Of a stretch of DNA of 61,815 nucleotides, positions 1 to 12,661 are shown in pieces. Position numbers and translations under genes: made by a program. The DNA comes from Selaginella moellendorffii (Eukaryota > Plantae > Lycopodiophyta): contig NW_003314360.1 of the NCBI RefSeq assembly GCF_000143415.4, positions 363,572 through 425,386 on the forward strand, given 5' to 3'. The notes under the pieces were generated by a model. The model made no database searches, was not told the origin of the DNA, and saw nothing but the letters and a program-made list of their open reading frames with translations. Every line of letters begins with the position of its first letter. The first letter of the stretch is position 1.

Positions 1-430
1 TTCAAGACACACCCAGTTTGTACTTTCGCCGCCAATTCCGCGGCCCACTCCACCACCCACACGCAGCCCACTTGGCGTCCCGGGAGATTTCAGCACCACT
101 CTCCAACTGTAAGTGGCAGAGTAGCCTTGCTGCTACGATCCGCTGCACACACAGTGCACATTCGCCAGCGAGTCCGGCCTCGATTGTCACGGCCTCCATT
201 CGGCTTCAAATGGTAAGTCTCTTAGACGAAGTAGAAAATGGCATGAGGCCACATGCCATTCAGTAGCAACATTGGCATGCACCGATTGGGCTCTCGAGTG
301 CAGTCCGGTTACAGATGGCGTGTAGCCTCACGCCATCTTAGGATGCAGCCTCAAGACATCTGATGCAGTGGTGAATGGCGTGTGGCCTCACGTTATTTCC
401 AGCTGCTAGCTTTTCATCTGTCAGCTCTAA

Positions 431-3010
431 TTGTTGTGCATTTTTGAACAGGCGAGGAATTGCGTTCTTCTTCCAGCCACTGTCAATGTGGATGCAGAGA
501 AGGGGGAGGAGCTCACCAGTTGGACTTTCGGGATGGAAGGCGAGGATCTGATGCTGTACAACACAGATGGTGGGAGAAAAGAATGCATGGGGATCCTCAT
601 CCAAGTGACAGACACTCCATGCAGTTCCATGCAAGAATATGGACTGGCACTTGTGGTAGAGACAGCGTCCGCCTTCAAGATCCACCTTGCACATCCTAGC
701 GGCTTCCCGGAGGGGGGCAGCGGCTATGAGGAATTCCTAGAGGGAGCTAGGGAGAGGTTGTCCAGGAGGCCCACAATTTCAAAGACGCTGCGGGTCTATG
801 AAGATCACATGGAATCCACGGACCTCACCTACGGCGATGTTCAAAAACTATATTCCAACATTGAGCCGTTGAGAGTGCCTCCAGTTTGCGAAGCGAAGGG
901 GAAGGGGGTCGATCTGGAAACTACCCCGAAGCAGAAAAGGGTGGTCAAGCTCAAGCCGACGTCCGACTCTGCTGCTCCAAAAAAGAAGCTACTCGGTGAT
1001 GCCATTGCCTCGGGTTCGAACACTACACCCACCAAAAAGAAGAGCCGCAAAGAGCAGAAAGAGCAAGAAGAGGCAGCAAAAATCGTCGCAGATAATAGTA
1101 CTTGTTACTATTCCAACAAAGTATATACAATCGACGTGAGCCGTATCGAGATCCAAAGCAAATACAACCATAGGCTAGTATCTGATGAGTGGGTGGAGAA
1201 ACTGAAGCAGAAGATGCTGGCAAGTCCAGTAACACCCGACATCGCAGACGTGATCCCCTACTACCGAACAATGAAGGGCGAGACGAGGTTTCCAGACTTG
1301 ATCAATAGGAAGGTGTTGGACGATCAGAACATCCGGTTCTATGCCGTCTCCGGGCAGCATTCTAGCTTGGCGATGCAACAGATAGTTGTGGATATTATGG
1401 TGGGCGAGGAGGTGAAGAAAGTCTTCAAGACAAGAGTTGTCCGCCTGATAAAAGGCAACTCGCCCCTCCGATCTATCATATACATCTCCCACGCGCAGAA
1501 TGTCAAGCAAGAAACGTGCTACAAATCGGGTCTGCACGAGACATTGGCACGAACACGGAAGCTCTGGGTTCAACTGAAGAAGCCACAAAAACCAGGACAA
1601 GGACGTGCACTAGCAACTAGCGCCTGGCAGGTAAGCCTCGTTGCATGTGGCATAGCATGTGGCCTCACGCCATTTCCATTGCAGGAATTCTCGAGTCTTC
1701 TCTCGAAAACACTGGGGGTCAATGACACACTCAGCATCCATAACATTCTACTCGCGACAAAAGTTGTTTTTGACAAATGGGTAGATGTGCTAAGGAGGTA
1801 CCATGACGGGGAGTTGCTAAACTCAATGGGTGTGGAGGACGGCCGGAAGCCCAATGATTTGAAGCTCAACGCCTTGCGTTTCTCGCGGTCTCTAGACGAC
1901 GACGACCTTCTGACAGTGGCTAATGCTCTTCTACGTGGTGAGGTTGTCTTCAACAAGACCAAAATGACTCCCGGCCATATTGTGACATACGAGGACTTGT
2001 GCACGACTCTGAGAGCTCGTGCGCTATTGAAGGATTGGATCTTCGAGCAAGTGGCCGTGGCGAGGGTGAGCATCGACACCACGCAAGAGATGATGGAAGC
2101 GCTGGAGTTGTCAAATGAAGACATCGACGAGTACGTGAAGGGGGCCCCCAAGTTCATCGATCTGCTGCGGGATGCCACGAAAAGTAAAGCTGAGAAGTTG
2201 GATCAGTATCCAAATTTCATTAAGAGGGATGTCGACCGCCGGCTTCAGAAACAGCTCGACCCCGCAGCAGAGGCCTATCGAGAACCTTACCGGGTATACG
2301 TGAATTCGGATGAGGATCAAAGGTGGAGGAGCATCGTTTCCCGCGGAGATGAGCAGGTCAAGAACATCTTTTGTGTGATGGACTTCACAAACGAGGAGAT
2401 CACTCATGCAGACGAAGTCAGCTCCATCATTGACTTAATGGTGGGACTTGCGGAGGTGGAATCTTCAGTCCACTATATGATCTACGACTCCGAATCCTAT
2501 CACAAGTTCTAGAAGGCCTTGAACGAGGTGAAGGCTCGGTTGAAAGGCAAGGAGATGCGGGAGATCCATGGGATAATGGCTAAGAAGAAGATACCGACGA
2601 ATGTCCGCATCTTCACAGTCGCCCTTGTTATTGGTCCTGCAGCAGAGTGGGACTGGAGTGACTTCCCAGCTTCGTTCAACAAAGCCGATCGAATTGATCT
2701 GAGGGAGGTCAATTTACCCGTGCCTGAGGAACTGAAGACGGCTATGGAGCTTTCGAATCCAAAGAAAGCTCCAGGTGCAGCATGGGAAATGCTCAGCTGG
2801 GTCTTCAACGCAATAGCGGGTGACTCCAAGGGCAAATGCGTTGTCGAGTACAACTGCGGCGGACTATTCTTTCGAGCCGCACTACTCAAGGGTGTCCCGT
2901 GTGTTGCGGTGACAAACTCCATTGAAGAGGTGACTTCAATGGAGCATATAATTACAGTTGCCAAAGAAAAACAGTATCTTCTCTACGAACCTGGTGAGTA
3001 CGCACTTTAA
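431..3010 (+). pseudogene. ParB/Sulfiredoxin-like domain + degenerate N6/N4-methyltransferase fusion (copy 1); multi-exon, probably extending from before 1 to about 4100
   Basis: ParB/Srx-like segment VYTIDVSRI...RLVSDEWVEKLK...FYAVSGQHS. The C-terminal KCVVEYNCGGLFFRAALLKGVPCVAV resembles the motif-I region of beta-class MTases. In-frame GT-AG intron at 1631-1684. ORFs 431-2512 and 2519-3010 share a frame and are separated by one TAG. Pro/Ser-rich upstream exons. Confidence 0.6.
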
Positions 3011-3128
3011 GTTTAAATGTTATCTCACAAGCTCTGTATGCAGGAGCGTGGCCACCCCCAGATGCTGAAACGGCGTTAACAGCTACTGATGTTAGGCCGA
3101 GGTCACAACCTGCACAAGGTAAGGTCAC

Positions 3129-3724
3129 TGTAAGCAACCAAAGGGAACGACTCGAGAGACGATCCATTGGGGTTCAAATATAGAGGGAAAGGGCCCATGA
3201 ACAAGAGTGCACCCCCTTTTCCAATCGGTTAAGGGTCTTGGGATATTTGGGGTTAAGCGTCCTTGGGTTTGAATAGTACTGGGCTGGGTGACCTCCCGGG
3301 AAGTCCAAACTCAGGAGCTTACATTTGGTATCGGAGCGGTCTCGGGTCCGACTCTGTTGGTTGGCTTAGGGGAATCGCACCACATGTTGATTGACATCTG
3401 GCTGGTCCAGTTTGCTCCCACTGGGCTCGACCCGAGGGGTAGGGTGTCAAGAGAGCGAGGCTCTCGGGAGAGCTGCGGCTCTCAGCTTCCGTTCACGAGG
3501 GCGTGAACTTGCAGGGAAGCGTGGTGGATTGTAAGCAACCAAAGGGAACGACTCGAGAGACGATCCATTGGGGTTCAAATATAGAGGGAAAGGGCCCATG
3601 AACAAGAGTGCACCCCCTTTTCCAATCGGTTAAGGGTCTTGGGATATTTGGGGTTAAGCGTCCTTGGGTTTGAATAGTACTGGGCTGGGTGACCTCCCGG
3701 GAAGTCCAAACTCATGAGCTTACA
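3129..3724 (+). mobile_element. Cassandra TRIM (LTRs containing 5S rRNA sequence), intact and young
   Basis: 195-bp LTRs 3129-3323 and 3530-3724 (TG...CA, 1 difference seen). 5S-like core GTTAAGCGTCCTTGGG...TAGTACTGGGCTGGGTGACCTCCCGGGAAGTCC. PBS TGGTATCGGAGC at 3326-3337, purine-rich PPT and 5-bp TSD GTCAC (3124-3128/3725-3729). Confidence 0.95.
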
Positions 3725-4978
3725 GTCACGTGAGGCCTCACGCCATTTTGATTATAGATCGTTGTGAATATTCAGACACGAGGACTGAAAAGCGCACTGG
3801 TGGCGCGTCGAAGAAGGACAAACAGACAAGCAATAGGAAAAAAGGAGGTACAAATTATATTTGCAATGGCGTGTGGTCTCATGCCATTCCTTGCAGGAGA
3901 CACTTCTTCAAAGGCAAAACAGGCAAGCACCAGCCAAGCTCAAACTGACAGTGGTCATAAAAAGCGAAAGCACGTTGGACAGTCGTCGGGATCAGAGGCG
4001 TTTGATTCGAAAAGGAAGAAGGGCAACGAAAAGATGATAGGTAATGCCTCGCGGTTATGGCGTGTGTGCTCATGCCATTACGTGGTACTAGCCGGATCTA
4101 AATCGTNNNNNNNNNNNNNNNNNNNNNNNNNNNNNNNNNNNNNNNNNNNNNNNNNNNNNNNNNNNNNNNNNNNNNNNNNNNNNNNNNNNNNNNNNNNNNN
4201 NNNNNNNNNNNNNNNNNNNNNNNNNNNNNNNNNNNNNNNNNNNNNNNNNNNNNNNNNNNNNNNNNNNNNNNNNNNNNNNNNNNNNNNNNNNNNNNNNNNN
4301 NNNNNNNNNNNNNNNNNNNNNNNNNNNNNNNNNNNNNNNNNNNNNNNNNNNNNNNNNNNNNNNNNNNNNNNNNNNNNNNNNNNNNNNNNNNNNNNNNNNN
4401 NNNNNNNNNNNNNNNNNNNNNNNNNNNNNNNNNNNNNNNNNNNNNNNNNNNNNNNNNNNNNNNNNNNNNNNNNNNNNNNNNNNNNNNNNNNNNNNNNNNN
4501 NNNNNNNNNNNNNNNNNNNNNNNNNNNNNNNNNNNNNNNNNNNNNNNNNNNNNNNNNNNNNNNNNNNNNNNNNNNNNNNNNNNNNNNNNNNNNNNNNNNN
4601 NNNNNNNNNNNNNNNNNNNNNNNNNNNNNNNNNNNNNNNNNNNNNNNNNNNNNNNNNNNNNNNNNNNNNNNNNNNNNNNNNNNNNNNNNNNNNNNNNNNN
4701 NNNNNNNNNNNNNNNNNNNNNNNNNNNNNNNNNNNNNNNNNNNNNNNNNNNNNNNNNNNNNNNNNNNNNNNNNNNNNNNNNNNNNNNNNNNNNNNNNNNN
4801 NNNNNNNNNNNNNNNNNNNNNNNNNNNNNNNNNNNNNNNNNNNNNCGGTCTTGGAGCCCGGTACGGAGGCTTGTGCCCTAGGAAAAATGGCATGTGCCTC
4901 AATGCAGTTGAATTTTGTTATATTTATATACTATATAAAGGTTTGGAAACCTTATTTTACAAGTGGGATAATGACAAT

Positions 4979-5000
4979 TCCCACTTTAACGAAATAGAGC
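4979..5000 (-). repeat. Right terminal inverted repeat of the Sola-like element
   Basis: 21/22 match to the reverse complement of 44706-44727; abuts the point where the MULE reading frame is cut off. Confidence 0.7.
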
Positions 5001-5002
5001 TT

Positions 5003-7182
5003 ATATCAAATCTGATAGACATGCTTCATATAGACTCATCTTCCCTTTCTCTGCCTCAGAGGAACGCCAGGTCCAATGTTTACTCTCTGAGAGATTCACA
5101 GTTGGGGTGTATGCAAGATCCTCAAGTGGTTGATCCTTATAAAAAGATGATATTAAAAAGCAATAAAAAGAGAGGAAAAAAAGAAAAACCAACCTGAAAA
5201 GAGTGATGTCCCCATTGGAACATTCTAACTTCCCACCACCCCAACCACGACTCAAGTTGTGGTAGACAACTTACGTCAGTATGGCCATCTTCACGCCACC
5301 ACATTCGGATCTCGTTTGCTTTTGCCTCATGCTCTTCTTCAGAAGGTGCAGCCTGCCATTGTTTGCACAACTCCTTAAATGCTAATTGGAAATCTAGCTT
5401 GATAAGGTGGCAGTGTTGGTTTAGGCTCTGAGCCCAATGGAACTCACATGTCCTCTCACGACCTTCTAGGGGTAGACCATTCGCAAAGACTGCCCGGACA
5501 CCATTCCAATTAGCCCCAGCCCCATTTGCCATAAAACTGCGAAAGTTGGCAGTCTTACTAGTCCGCTTCAATACAATGTCGGAGAGGGACTTCCAAAATA
5601 TTTTTTGAGCCATTTGGTTTTGTACTTTAAACTCTGCCATTGCAATTGTCAAGTTACAACGTAGCCTATGAAAAGTGCAATGTTTAAAACCATTTTAAGA
5701 TAATGAGAAAAAAAACTACCTTGGATCATACACATGAGCTCCCATGGTTGTCCAACCTGCCACCCACTCCATATGGTCAAAATGTACCCATGCATTAGCA
5801 AGGTCACTCAACCCAAACATATCCATTCGAGAAACAAGATCCACACCAGAGGCAGGGCCCATAGTAGACATTTTGAAAACGAAGGGGCACTCTTGCTCAC
5901 TAACGACTTGATCTGGAAATAAACTCCCATGGATAAACTCATAAGGACAAGTCCATTTTAGTTCAAGGATTGAGTCGATTTTTGATTGGAGTTTCCCCTC
6001 TCGAGATTCACACATCCAAGACTTTATCCTAAATAAAACAAAATGTAAGAGAGATATTATTGAAAAGTATGTAATAATATTTTCATACCTTCTAAGGCTA
6101 GTTGCAGGTTGCACATGTCGTAGTAACTCCCGCAAGCTAGCCTCATCCAGTTGAGTATTCTTGTAGTCTGGATCAAGTAAAGTATTTGCGATAAAATCCT
6201 TGAGCACTGTCTTTTGAACATGCTTCGGAGTTGCAAATGAGTTTCTCACAGTCTCTATCTGCACTGCATCTTTGAAATGGTTGACTGAACTCCTTTGTAT
6301 CCCTTCCTGCATTGGATGTGTGTGCGTGCCAATATGTACTGTAGCTCTACCAACCTTTCCATCTCGTGGAAGAAAATAATACATCTTGGCCCCGCAGATG
6401 GCACGACACAATGGAGCATTCTTGCAAAACCGACACTTGAATCCAACANNNNNNNNNNNNNNNNNNNNNNNNNNNNNNNNNNNNNNNNNNNNNNNNNNNN
6501 NNNNNNNNNNNNNNNNNNNNNNNNNNNNNNNNNNNNNNNNNNNNNNNNNNNNNNNNNNNNNNNNNNNNNNNNNNNNNNNNNNNNNNNNNNNNNNNNNNNN
6601 NNNNNNNNNNNNNNNNNNNNNNNNNNNNNNNNNNNNNNNNNNNNNNNNNNNNNNNNNNGAGCTAACAAGAGGTGGTAGTTCAAAAAATATATTGCCATTG
6701 TATGTAGATGGGAGCTCATTAACAGGCCTATGCAGAAAGGAATGAACATTGATAGAGAGGCGGGAAAACTGGAAAGCGTTGCAAACAGCTTGGAATATCA
6801 GTGAAGTTGGAGTTTGGAAATTCTTGGCTTGCACTGGACTAACATCTCCACTAGAACTAGAAGAGGAAGAAATGATGACAACCGACTCTTACTTCACATT
6901 TACTTTAGCAGGATCACAGCCTCGCACTTTGATTGGAGATCCAAAAACTCGAATCTCTTTCGACTTGGAATGTTGCAAATCCCAATGTTGTCCACCTTCA
7001 CCTACACCCGAAAGAAGAAACTCCGATCGTTCAACTACACCAATGTTGTTGCGAATCACAGCTTCCAATGAAATAGAACCGAGAGAAAGATTGAAACATC
7101 GACAAAGAAAACTTTCTGAAATAAGACTCTGGGAGATAGAAAGCGGTGGGTGATCTTGGTAATGCAAAAGGAAGCCCTCCAT
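5003..7182 (-). pseudogene. Mutator-like (MULE) DDE transposase, multi-exon, truncated by the Sola-like insertion
   Basis: N-terminal CRFC...C...HIGTHTH zinc finger; WVHFDH (D1 region); FMANGAGANW (D2 region, D->N); CEFH CxxH motif; PTVNLSESKH (E motif); short GT-AG introns (e.g. about 5670-5718 and 5139-5194); one N gap. Confidence 0.75.
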
Positions 7183-7989
7183 TTTATTGCCTTTAGGTTT
7201 TGGAACTCTAAACTTTTATAACGAAATGTCACCTCACATGTGCTATGCCATTATGTGAAAAGATAGGGCGATTTTATTCTAGGATCTAACATCGAATAAT
7301 GTTGTTATAATAAATTCAGTATGAAGTATATAGGACTATGTTGTACAATATTAAAAGTCTATATATATTGAATTCAAAAACATACTCAAATTTATTATAT
7401 GCACTAACTTTTGGTAGAACGGAAAGAAATATCACCTCAAGCATATGCCATAATATGAAAGATAGGAATGATTTTATTCTAGGATCTACCATCAACCAAT
7501 TGTTGCCAAATAAATTAAAAAATGTACATATTTTCAGTACTTCATTAAAGCTAGAAATCATCACATTCTTCTGAACTCATTTAAATATATTCCATCTTTG
7601 TACTACCATCTATCACCTATAGTAAATTATCTATATACATTGCTTTGGAAATAACACCTTACGATTTAATAATCTTATATTTTCTAACAATTTCGTACTG
7701 TGATCAATTCAACACATGCGTCTGTGACATTATTTCACATTATGACATAGTCATATTAGAGCACACCTCCATTATTAAATTACAATTCAAAAGGACTTTG
7801 TCACGTAATCAAATCTAGGGTGGAATAGAAATTGTACAGTGCTAGATTTATTATTTATTGTACAGTGAAGATTTACTGCATCCATGATGAACGGCTGTGA
7901 TGAAAGTTAGGTTAGGGTTAGGGCAACTGCCGGCGTTAGGGTTTTACAGAAAGTATCGCAGGAGATTGGGAGTGACTGCGGGAACAGAA

Positions 7990-8513
7990 TGCCGCCAAGA
8001 GTAAGTTTTTTCTCCTCCTCCACTCCCTCTCCTCCACTCCCTCTCCTCCCCGCCCAGCGCCGCCACGCCCAGCGCCCCCGCGCCCACGCCATGCCTAGCG
8101 CCGCCACGCCGTGCACACCACGCCATGCTCAGCACCACCACTGCCCAGGGCTGCCGAGCGCTGCCCACTGCCATGCCACGCCCAGCGCAGCACTGCCTGC
8201 CCAGCACCGCCACTGCCATGCCGCCACTGCCGTGCCGCCGCTGCCCAGCATCGCCCATGCCACGCCACGCCACGCCAGCGCCGCACTGCCTAGGGCCACT
8301 ACTGCCCAGCATCGCCGCTGCCAAGTGCCCAGGCCGGGCATTTGGCTGGGTACTCCGCCTGGGCCGGCCAAGTCCACGCAGGCCAGCCAAGGCGCTTGGC
8401 TGGCAAAGGCGCCAAGTGCTTGTGCCAAATGCCCACGCTGGGCATTTGGCGCGAGCCAGCTAAGTCCAAGTGCCCAGGCCAAGGGTCCCCGGGCACTTGG
8501 CGCGCACCAGCCT
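7990..8513. repeat. GC-rich low-complexity tract with a cluster of hairpins, between the divergent MULE and ParB-MTase genes
   Basis: GCCAAATGCCC-acgct-GGGCATTTGGC, GCCAAGTGCCC-aggcc-GGGCATTTGGC, GCCAGCCAAG-gcg-CTTGGCTGGC and CCAAGTGCCC...GGGCACTTGG; GCCAC/GCCCAGC repeats upstream. Confidence 0.7.
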
Positions 8514-8721
8514 NNNNNNNNNNNNNNNNNNNNNNNNNNNNNNNNNNNNNNNNNNNNNNNNNNNNNNNNNNNNNNNNNNNNNNNNNNNNNNNNNNNNNNN
8601 NNNNNNNNNNNNNNNNNNGGGTGGCCCAATTCACCGGCGAACCGGCGCCTATACCGAGCCCACACCCTATTCCCCTCTTCTTATGCATTTATAATTTATA
8701 ATGAGTTTTTTTTATTTTCAG

Positions 8722-11700
8722 AAATGGAAGGAACTACAAAAGGAGAGGGATGTTGGATCAAAGAGAAGACATGAGGAAGATGAGATCCAAGATGACAATC
8801 AAGTTGACCTTCAGATAGAGATTTCCACAGCGACAACTCTACCGTCTTCCCAACCACATAGATCCAGTCCATATGCACCCCCACCACCGCCATCGATGCC
8901 ACCACCACCATTACCACCGCTACCACCGCCACCACCATTACCACCACCACCACCTTTACCTTCATCACCACCATTACCACCACCGTCATCACCACCATTA
9001 CCACCACCGTCATCACCACCATTACCACCACCACCGCCACCATCATCACCACCACCAGCACAACCATTGTCATCACTACCATTGCTGCCACAACCACAAA
9101 TGCCACTACTCTTAACATATTCACAAAATATGGCAGAAATGGAGCAGTGCCCAAGTGCGCCTGATGGCGGTGTTGGGCCCGAGTCAGGGGCTAAATCTGA
9201 TAATGGTGCTACTGGAGGTGTAGCTGAAGCTGAAAGAGAAGTGGAGCTACCTGAACACATTGTCGACAAGCGCTTCCAAGAGACAGTTTTGAGAACTAAA
9301 GAGAAGGCCATTCACATGACTCTAGAGTCTCTCAAGTGGGAAGGCCCGGGGCACATGATCTGAGAAATCCCACTATGTCGATTCACTTAGACAAGCATCG
9401 TTCGGTCTGCTTCACCACACTTCGTCAACATGGACATCTATAGTCTGTACAAACAGAATGGCCTTGGGACAAACATAGGTATGTTCCTTGTTTCGGTTTT
9501 CAAGCCAGGAACGACAAATACCCTCTCGGTGTCACCGGAAATCGAGAGGGATTGGGATGACATTTGGAAAATGAAGTCCCGCGAATTTGACAACAAGCTT
9601 ATAAGCCATCCTGAGACTCAACAATTTATGGGGAAAATGTTCTACATTATCGACGGGAATCATCGCTGGTGCGTGTGGATGAAGTGCATCCGAGAATGCT
9701 TCCGAGACGATCTTGTCTATCACATCAATGTTCCGGTTGGACATGTACACGCGAGAGGATCTCTAGATGTGGCAAGGCTTGTGATAGCTTGCCACAAAAT
9801 TAATGTGTAAGTACCTCTCCTTCTTCAATCACTTTTAACAATTTGTGTTTTGCAGACTGGGACAGTTTGCAGTGCAGAAACAAAGCCTAGTACATGATAT
9901 CAAGCAGATCTGGTTTCTTGCCAATCTCGACGAGGATGTAGTCCGCAGCCACTATGGTGATGATTTAGCATCACTTATTCGACATCAACGAGGTCGTCAG
10001 GATGCCAATAGATGGTACAAGAATCCAGTGGCTTTTATGACAGCTGTGTGGAGTAAGGTATGTTCTTTTAAGTATACTTCTTATCATAGAATGTTTGTGT
10101 TGTTTTCAGCCATTGGTGAAGGTTAAGCAAGATGCATATGCACAGTCGCATCGAGCTGAAAATGATCAAGAACTCTCAGAGCATTTAGTTGCAATTGACA
10201 AGAAAATCAACAGCACAAAGAAGACAAAGGTAAAGAAATTACTTAGTGTGGTTGACCCTCGACACCCAAAGGAGTGGTTCGATATTATAACAGAGATTGC
10301 TTGTCATGAAAGTAAGTATTGTTTGTATTTACATGAAGGTTCTCACAAAAGTTATTTTTTAGTGGGCAAGACTCCAGATGAGATTATTTACAACATCTCA
10401 AAGTCAAAGCTTACATATGAGGAACAGATACACATTCTGAACAACCTCAATAGCAGACTTAGGGAAGGAGAAAAAGGTTTGGATAGTATGATGGAGACTG
10501 TGATGAGGAGGACTGTCTACATTTCACAAACTGTATATGAAGGGGAGATGTTTCTAGCGCCTTTCATAGGGGATGATCCTGAACAACTTCCATTTAAGGA
10601 CTTCGTCACCATTGAGTTTACAAAACTTGGAGAGGACTACCTGCCAAAGAAGGCCACAAGCATGACTCTATTTGATAAACAACTTGGCCAACCTTACTTC
10701 ATGCGTCAAGCAGCTTTCAGGTAACATACAATTTCTCAACTATACTCAATTGTTTATATTCTATTATAGGTATCTCCAATATAGAGGCGTTCCTCTCGAA
10801 ACACCAGTATGCACACGCCTCATGAGGCATGGTGTGAGAGATGGAGGCATGTACCTGACAACAATGAAGTTTCCAGCAGCAATAAAGCGCACTTGTCCTT
10901 GGGAATTGGAGATGTCAGATTATGAACCAACCCACCATGAGGCTGCAAGAGGCAACAATGATGACGAAGATGATGGCCATGAGAATGTCGACCCTGTTGG
11001 TGCCAATGGCGAGCAGAGTGAAGATGGCGGTGAGAACGAGATTCTTCGAGACGAAGTCGAGCAAGAGAACTAGAACGTCCAAGAAGTTCTACCTCGACGA
11101 AAGCGAGCAAATCCACATCTGGAGGAATTAGTCAACAGTGATGATGATCGTCCAAGATGTCCCCGTAACCAAGGAACTTCTCGAGGTATATTTCATTTTA
11201 TTCTCTCCTTTTCTTAGTTCCTCAAAATGGTTGCAGCAAAAACTGTCGGGAGTAACTTCATTCCAGCTTGTCTTGATGCTCGAGAAGAGGACTTGGAGGA
11301 ACTTACATCTACCACACGCCACATGACGGTATGTAAATTTTTCTTAAGTTCACATCTTATCTTTGTCTTCTCCCCCTAGATTCACCCTGTATCTCCAGTG
11401 GCATTCCGTGGTGAAGTTGGGATCTTTATTGGCTCCTATAGTTCATTGATGGCATCTTTTGAGGAGGATGCTGAGAATATGGCTATCCGGCAAAAGTGGG
11501 AGCGCTTTTGTCAGAAGATCCATAGGCGACCGCTCAAGAGCACAAACTTCATGCTCTTTGACATGCCAGATGGTTTTCCAGACGCTAATGGTGATGTCCC
11601 AAACTGGAACAACCTGACTAAAGACCACTTGAAGGATGCATTCCTTTTGGTAGCAATTCTCCTTCACACAACCGGTCAAGTTGCCTTCATTCTCCTAAAT

Positions 11701-12241
11701 GACCCCCATTGGATGTCCTGCCTTATGAGGTATGCAAGTCGAGTCAACTTCAAGAGGTTCTCTTCCAGATGCATCATGGATAGTGTTGGGGTCGAGACCA
11801 AAGGTGTCCTAGGCATGCCAGAGAAGGTAAGAAATCATTTTCTATTTTGGTTATCTCTAAAGTTTTATTATTCAGGTTATGATATGGACCTACCATGTGT
11901 TTTGCAGAAAAGAAAATGATGGTTTTCGTGATAGTGAGCCTGCTGCAAGGGTTTTGCCAGGGTATGATAGCTTTACTGACATCATACTAAATCTCATAGA
12001 CGACGACATCCGCAACACATTGTCTGGGTATCGGTTCCGATCTCCATCGGCGATGCATGTCCTACTTGAGCTTTATTGCCCAACTAGAGGTGTTGTCATC
12101 GATTGCACAGCAGGTAGTGGTTCGATGGTCGAAGCAGCACATGACTCTGGTAGATCGGTGTTTGCGATTGAAGAATATGAGTTCTTCAAACGCCGTCTTC
12201 GAGGTTTTCGTCCTTCTCTATCAGTTGCCTCTAGGAGGTAA
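8722..12241 (+). pseudogene. Pro-rich + ParB/Srx domain + beta-class N6/N4 DNA methyltransferase fusion (paralog 2), multi-exon
   Basis: FYIIDGNHR is the ParB/Srx GxHR motif (about 9640-9666). FMLFDMPDG lies at the DPPY (motif IV) position. C-terminal RSPSAMHVLLELYCPTRGVVIDCTAGSGSMVEAAHDSGRSVFAIEE matches N6_N4_Mtase motif I. GT-AG introns at about 9807, 10058, 10721 and 11827. In-frame stops at 9361 (TGA) and 9388 (TAG). Confidence 0.8.
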
Positions 12242-12661
12242 TTTATGATGTTTTAAAAACTTATAAATAATATATATTTAGTTTTCTAGAAGTCTTCCTA
12301 GGTATGCATGGCACATCATATGCAATGTGTAAATTGAGGAGTGGTATGAAAAATCTATTTATTAATGATACATTAAAAGACAATTGAATGCAATGAGAAA
12401 GATGTGTCACATGTCAATGTGATAATGATTGTGACACTGATAGTGTCAGTGTAGCAGATAGCGACAGTGATAGTGTCAGTGACAGAGACAGTGTCAATGT
12501 CAGAGATGACAAAGTTACAGTGTCAGTCTGTCAAATTTCATAATTACTAGTATTATCAATTTATTATCTATAGGTAATACAATTTTGTTAATAAAAAAAA
12601 TTCGAGAAGGGGGGGGGGATGAATAATATCATAGTGTAAGAATTATTAGTGGCTGGAATTT

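Larger units (their letters stand above)
1..5002 (+). mobile_element. Right part of a Sola1-like TIR DNA transposon (copy 1) carrying a ParB-MTase gene; starts before the window
   Basis: 1-2170 is near-identical to 51894-52154 + 60084-61815. It ends in TCCCACTTTAACGAAATAGAGC (4979-5000), the reverse complement (1 mismatch) of 44706-44727. The 22-bp palindromes continue to 4887 and then stop. Confidence 0.75.

Noticed and set aside
1-2170. Bacterial contamination explaining the ParB/MTase genes
   Set aside because: The genes have spliceosomal GT-AG introns, nested plant retroelements and plant-type C->T decay.
3250-3306. Functional 5S rRNA genes
   Set aside because: Only the internal 5S-like segment is present, inside Cassandra LTRs.
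3764-5197. ORFs spanning N runs (also 6255-6749, 7989-8774, 49017-49985)
   Set aside because: Artefacts of assembly gaps.
7905-7945. Interstitial telomere
   Set aside because: Only 2-3 TTAGGG-like units; more likely telo-box promoter elements.
8701-9363. Extensin/formin-like host gene
   Set aside because: The proline tract is in frame with the downstream ParB domain and is the N-terminal region of the cargo gene.
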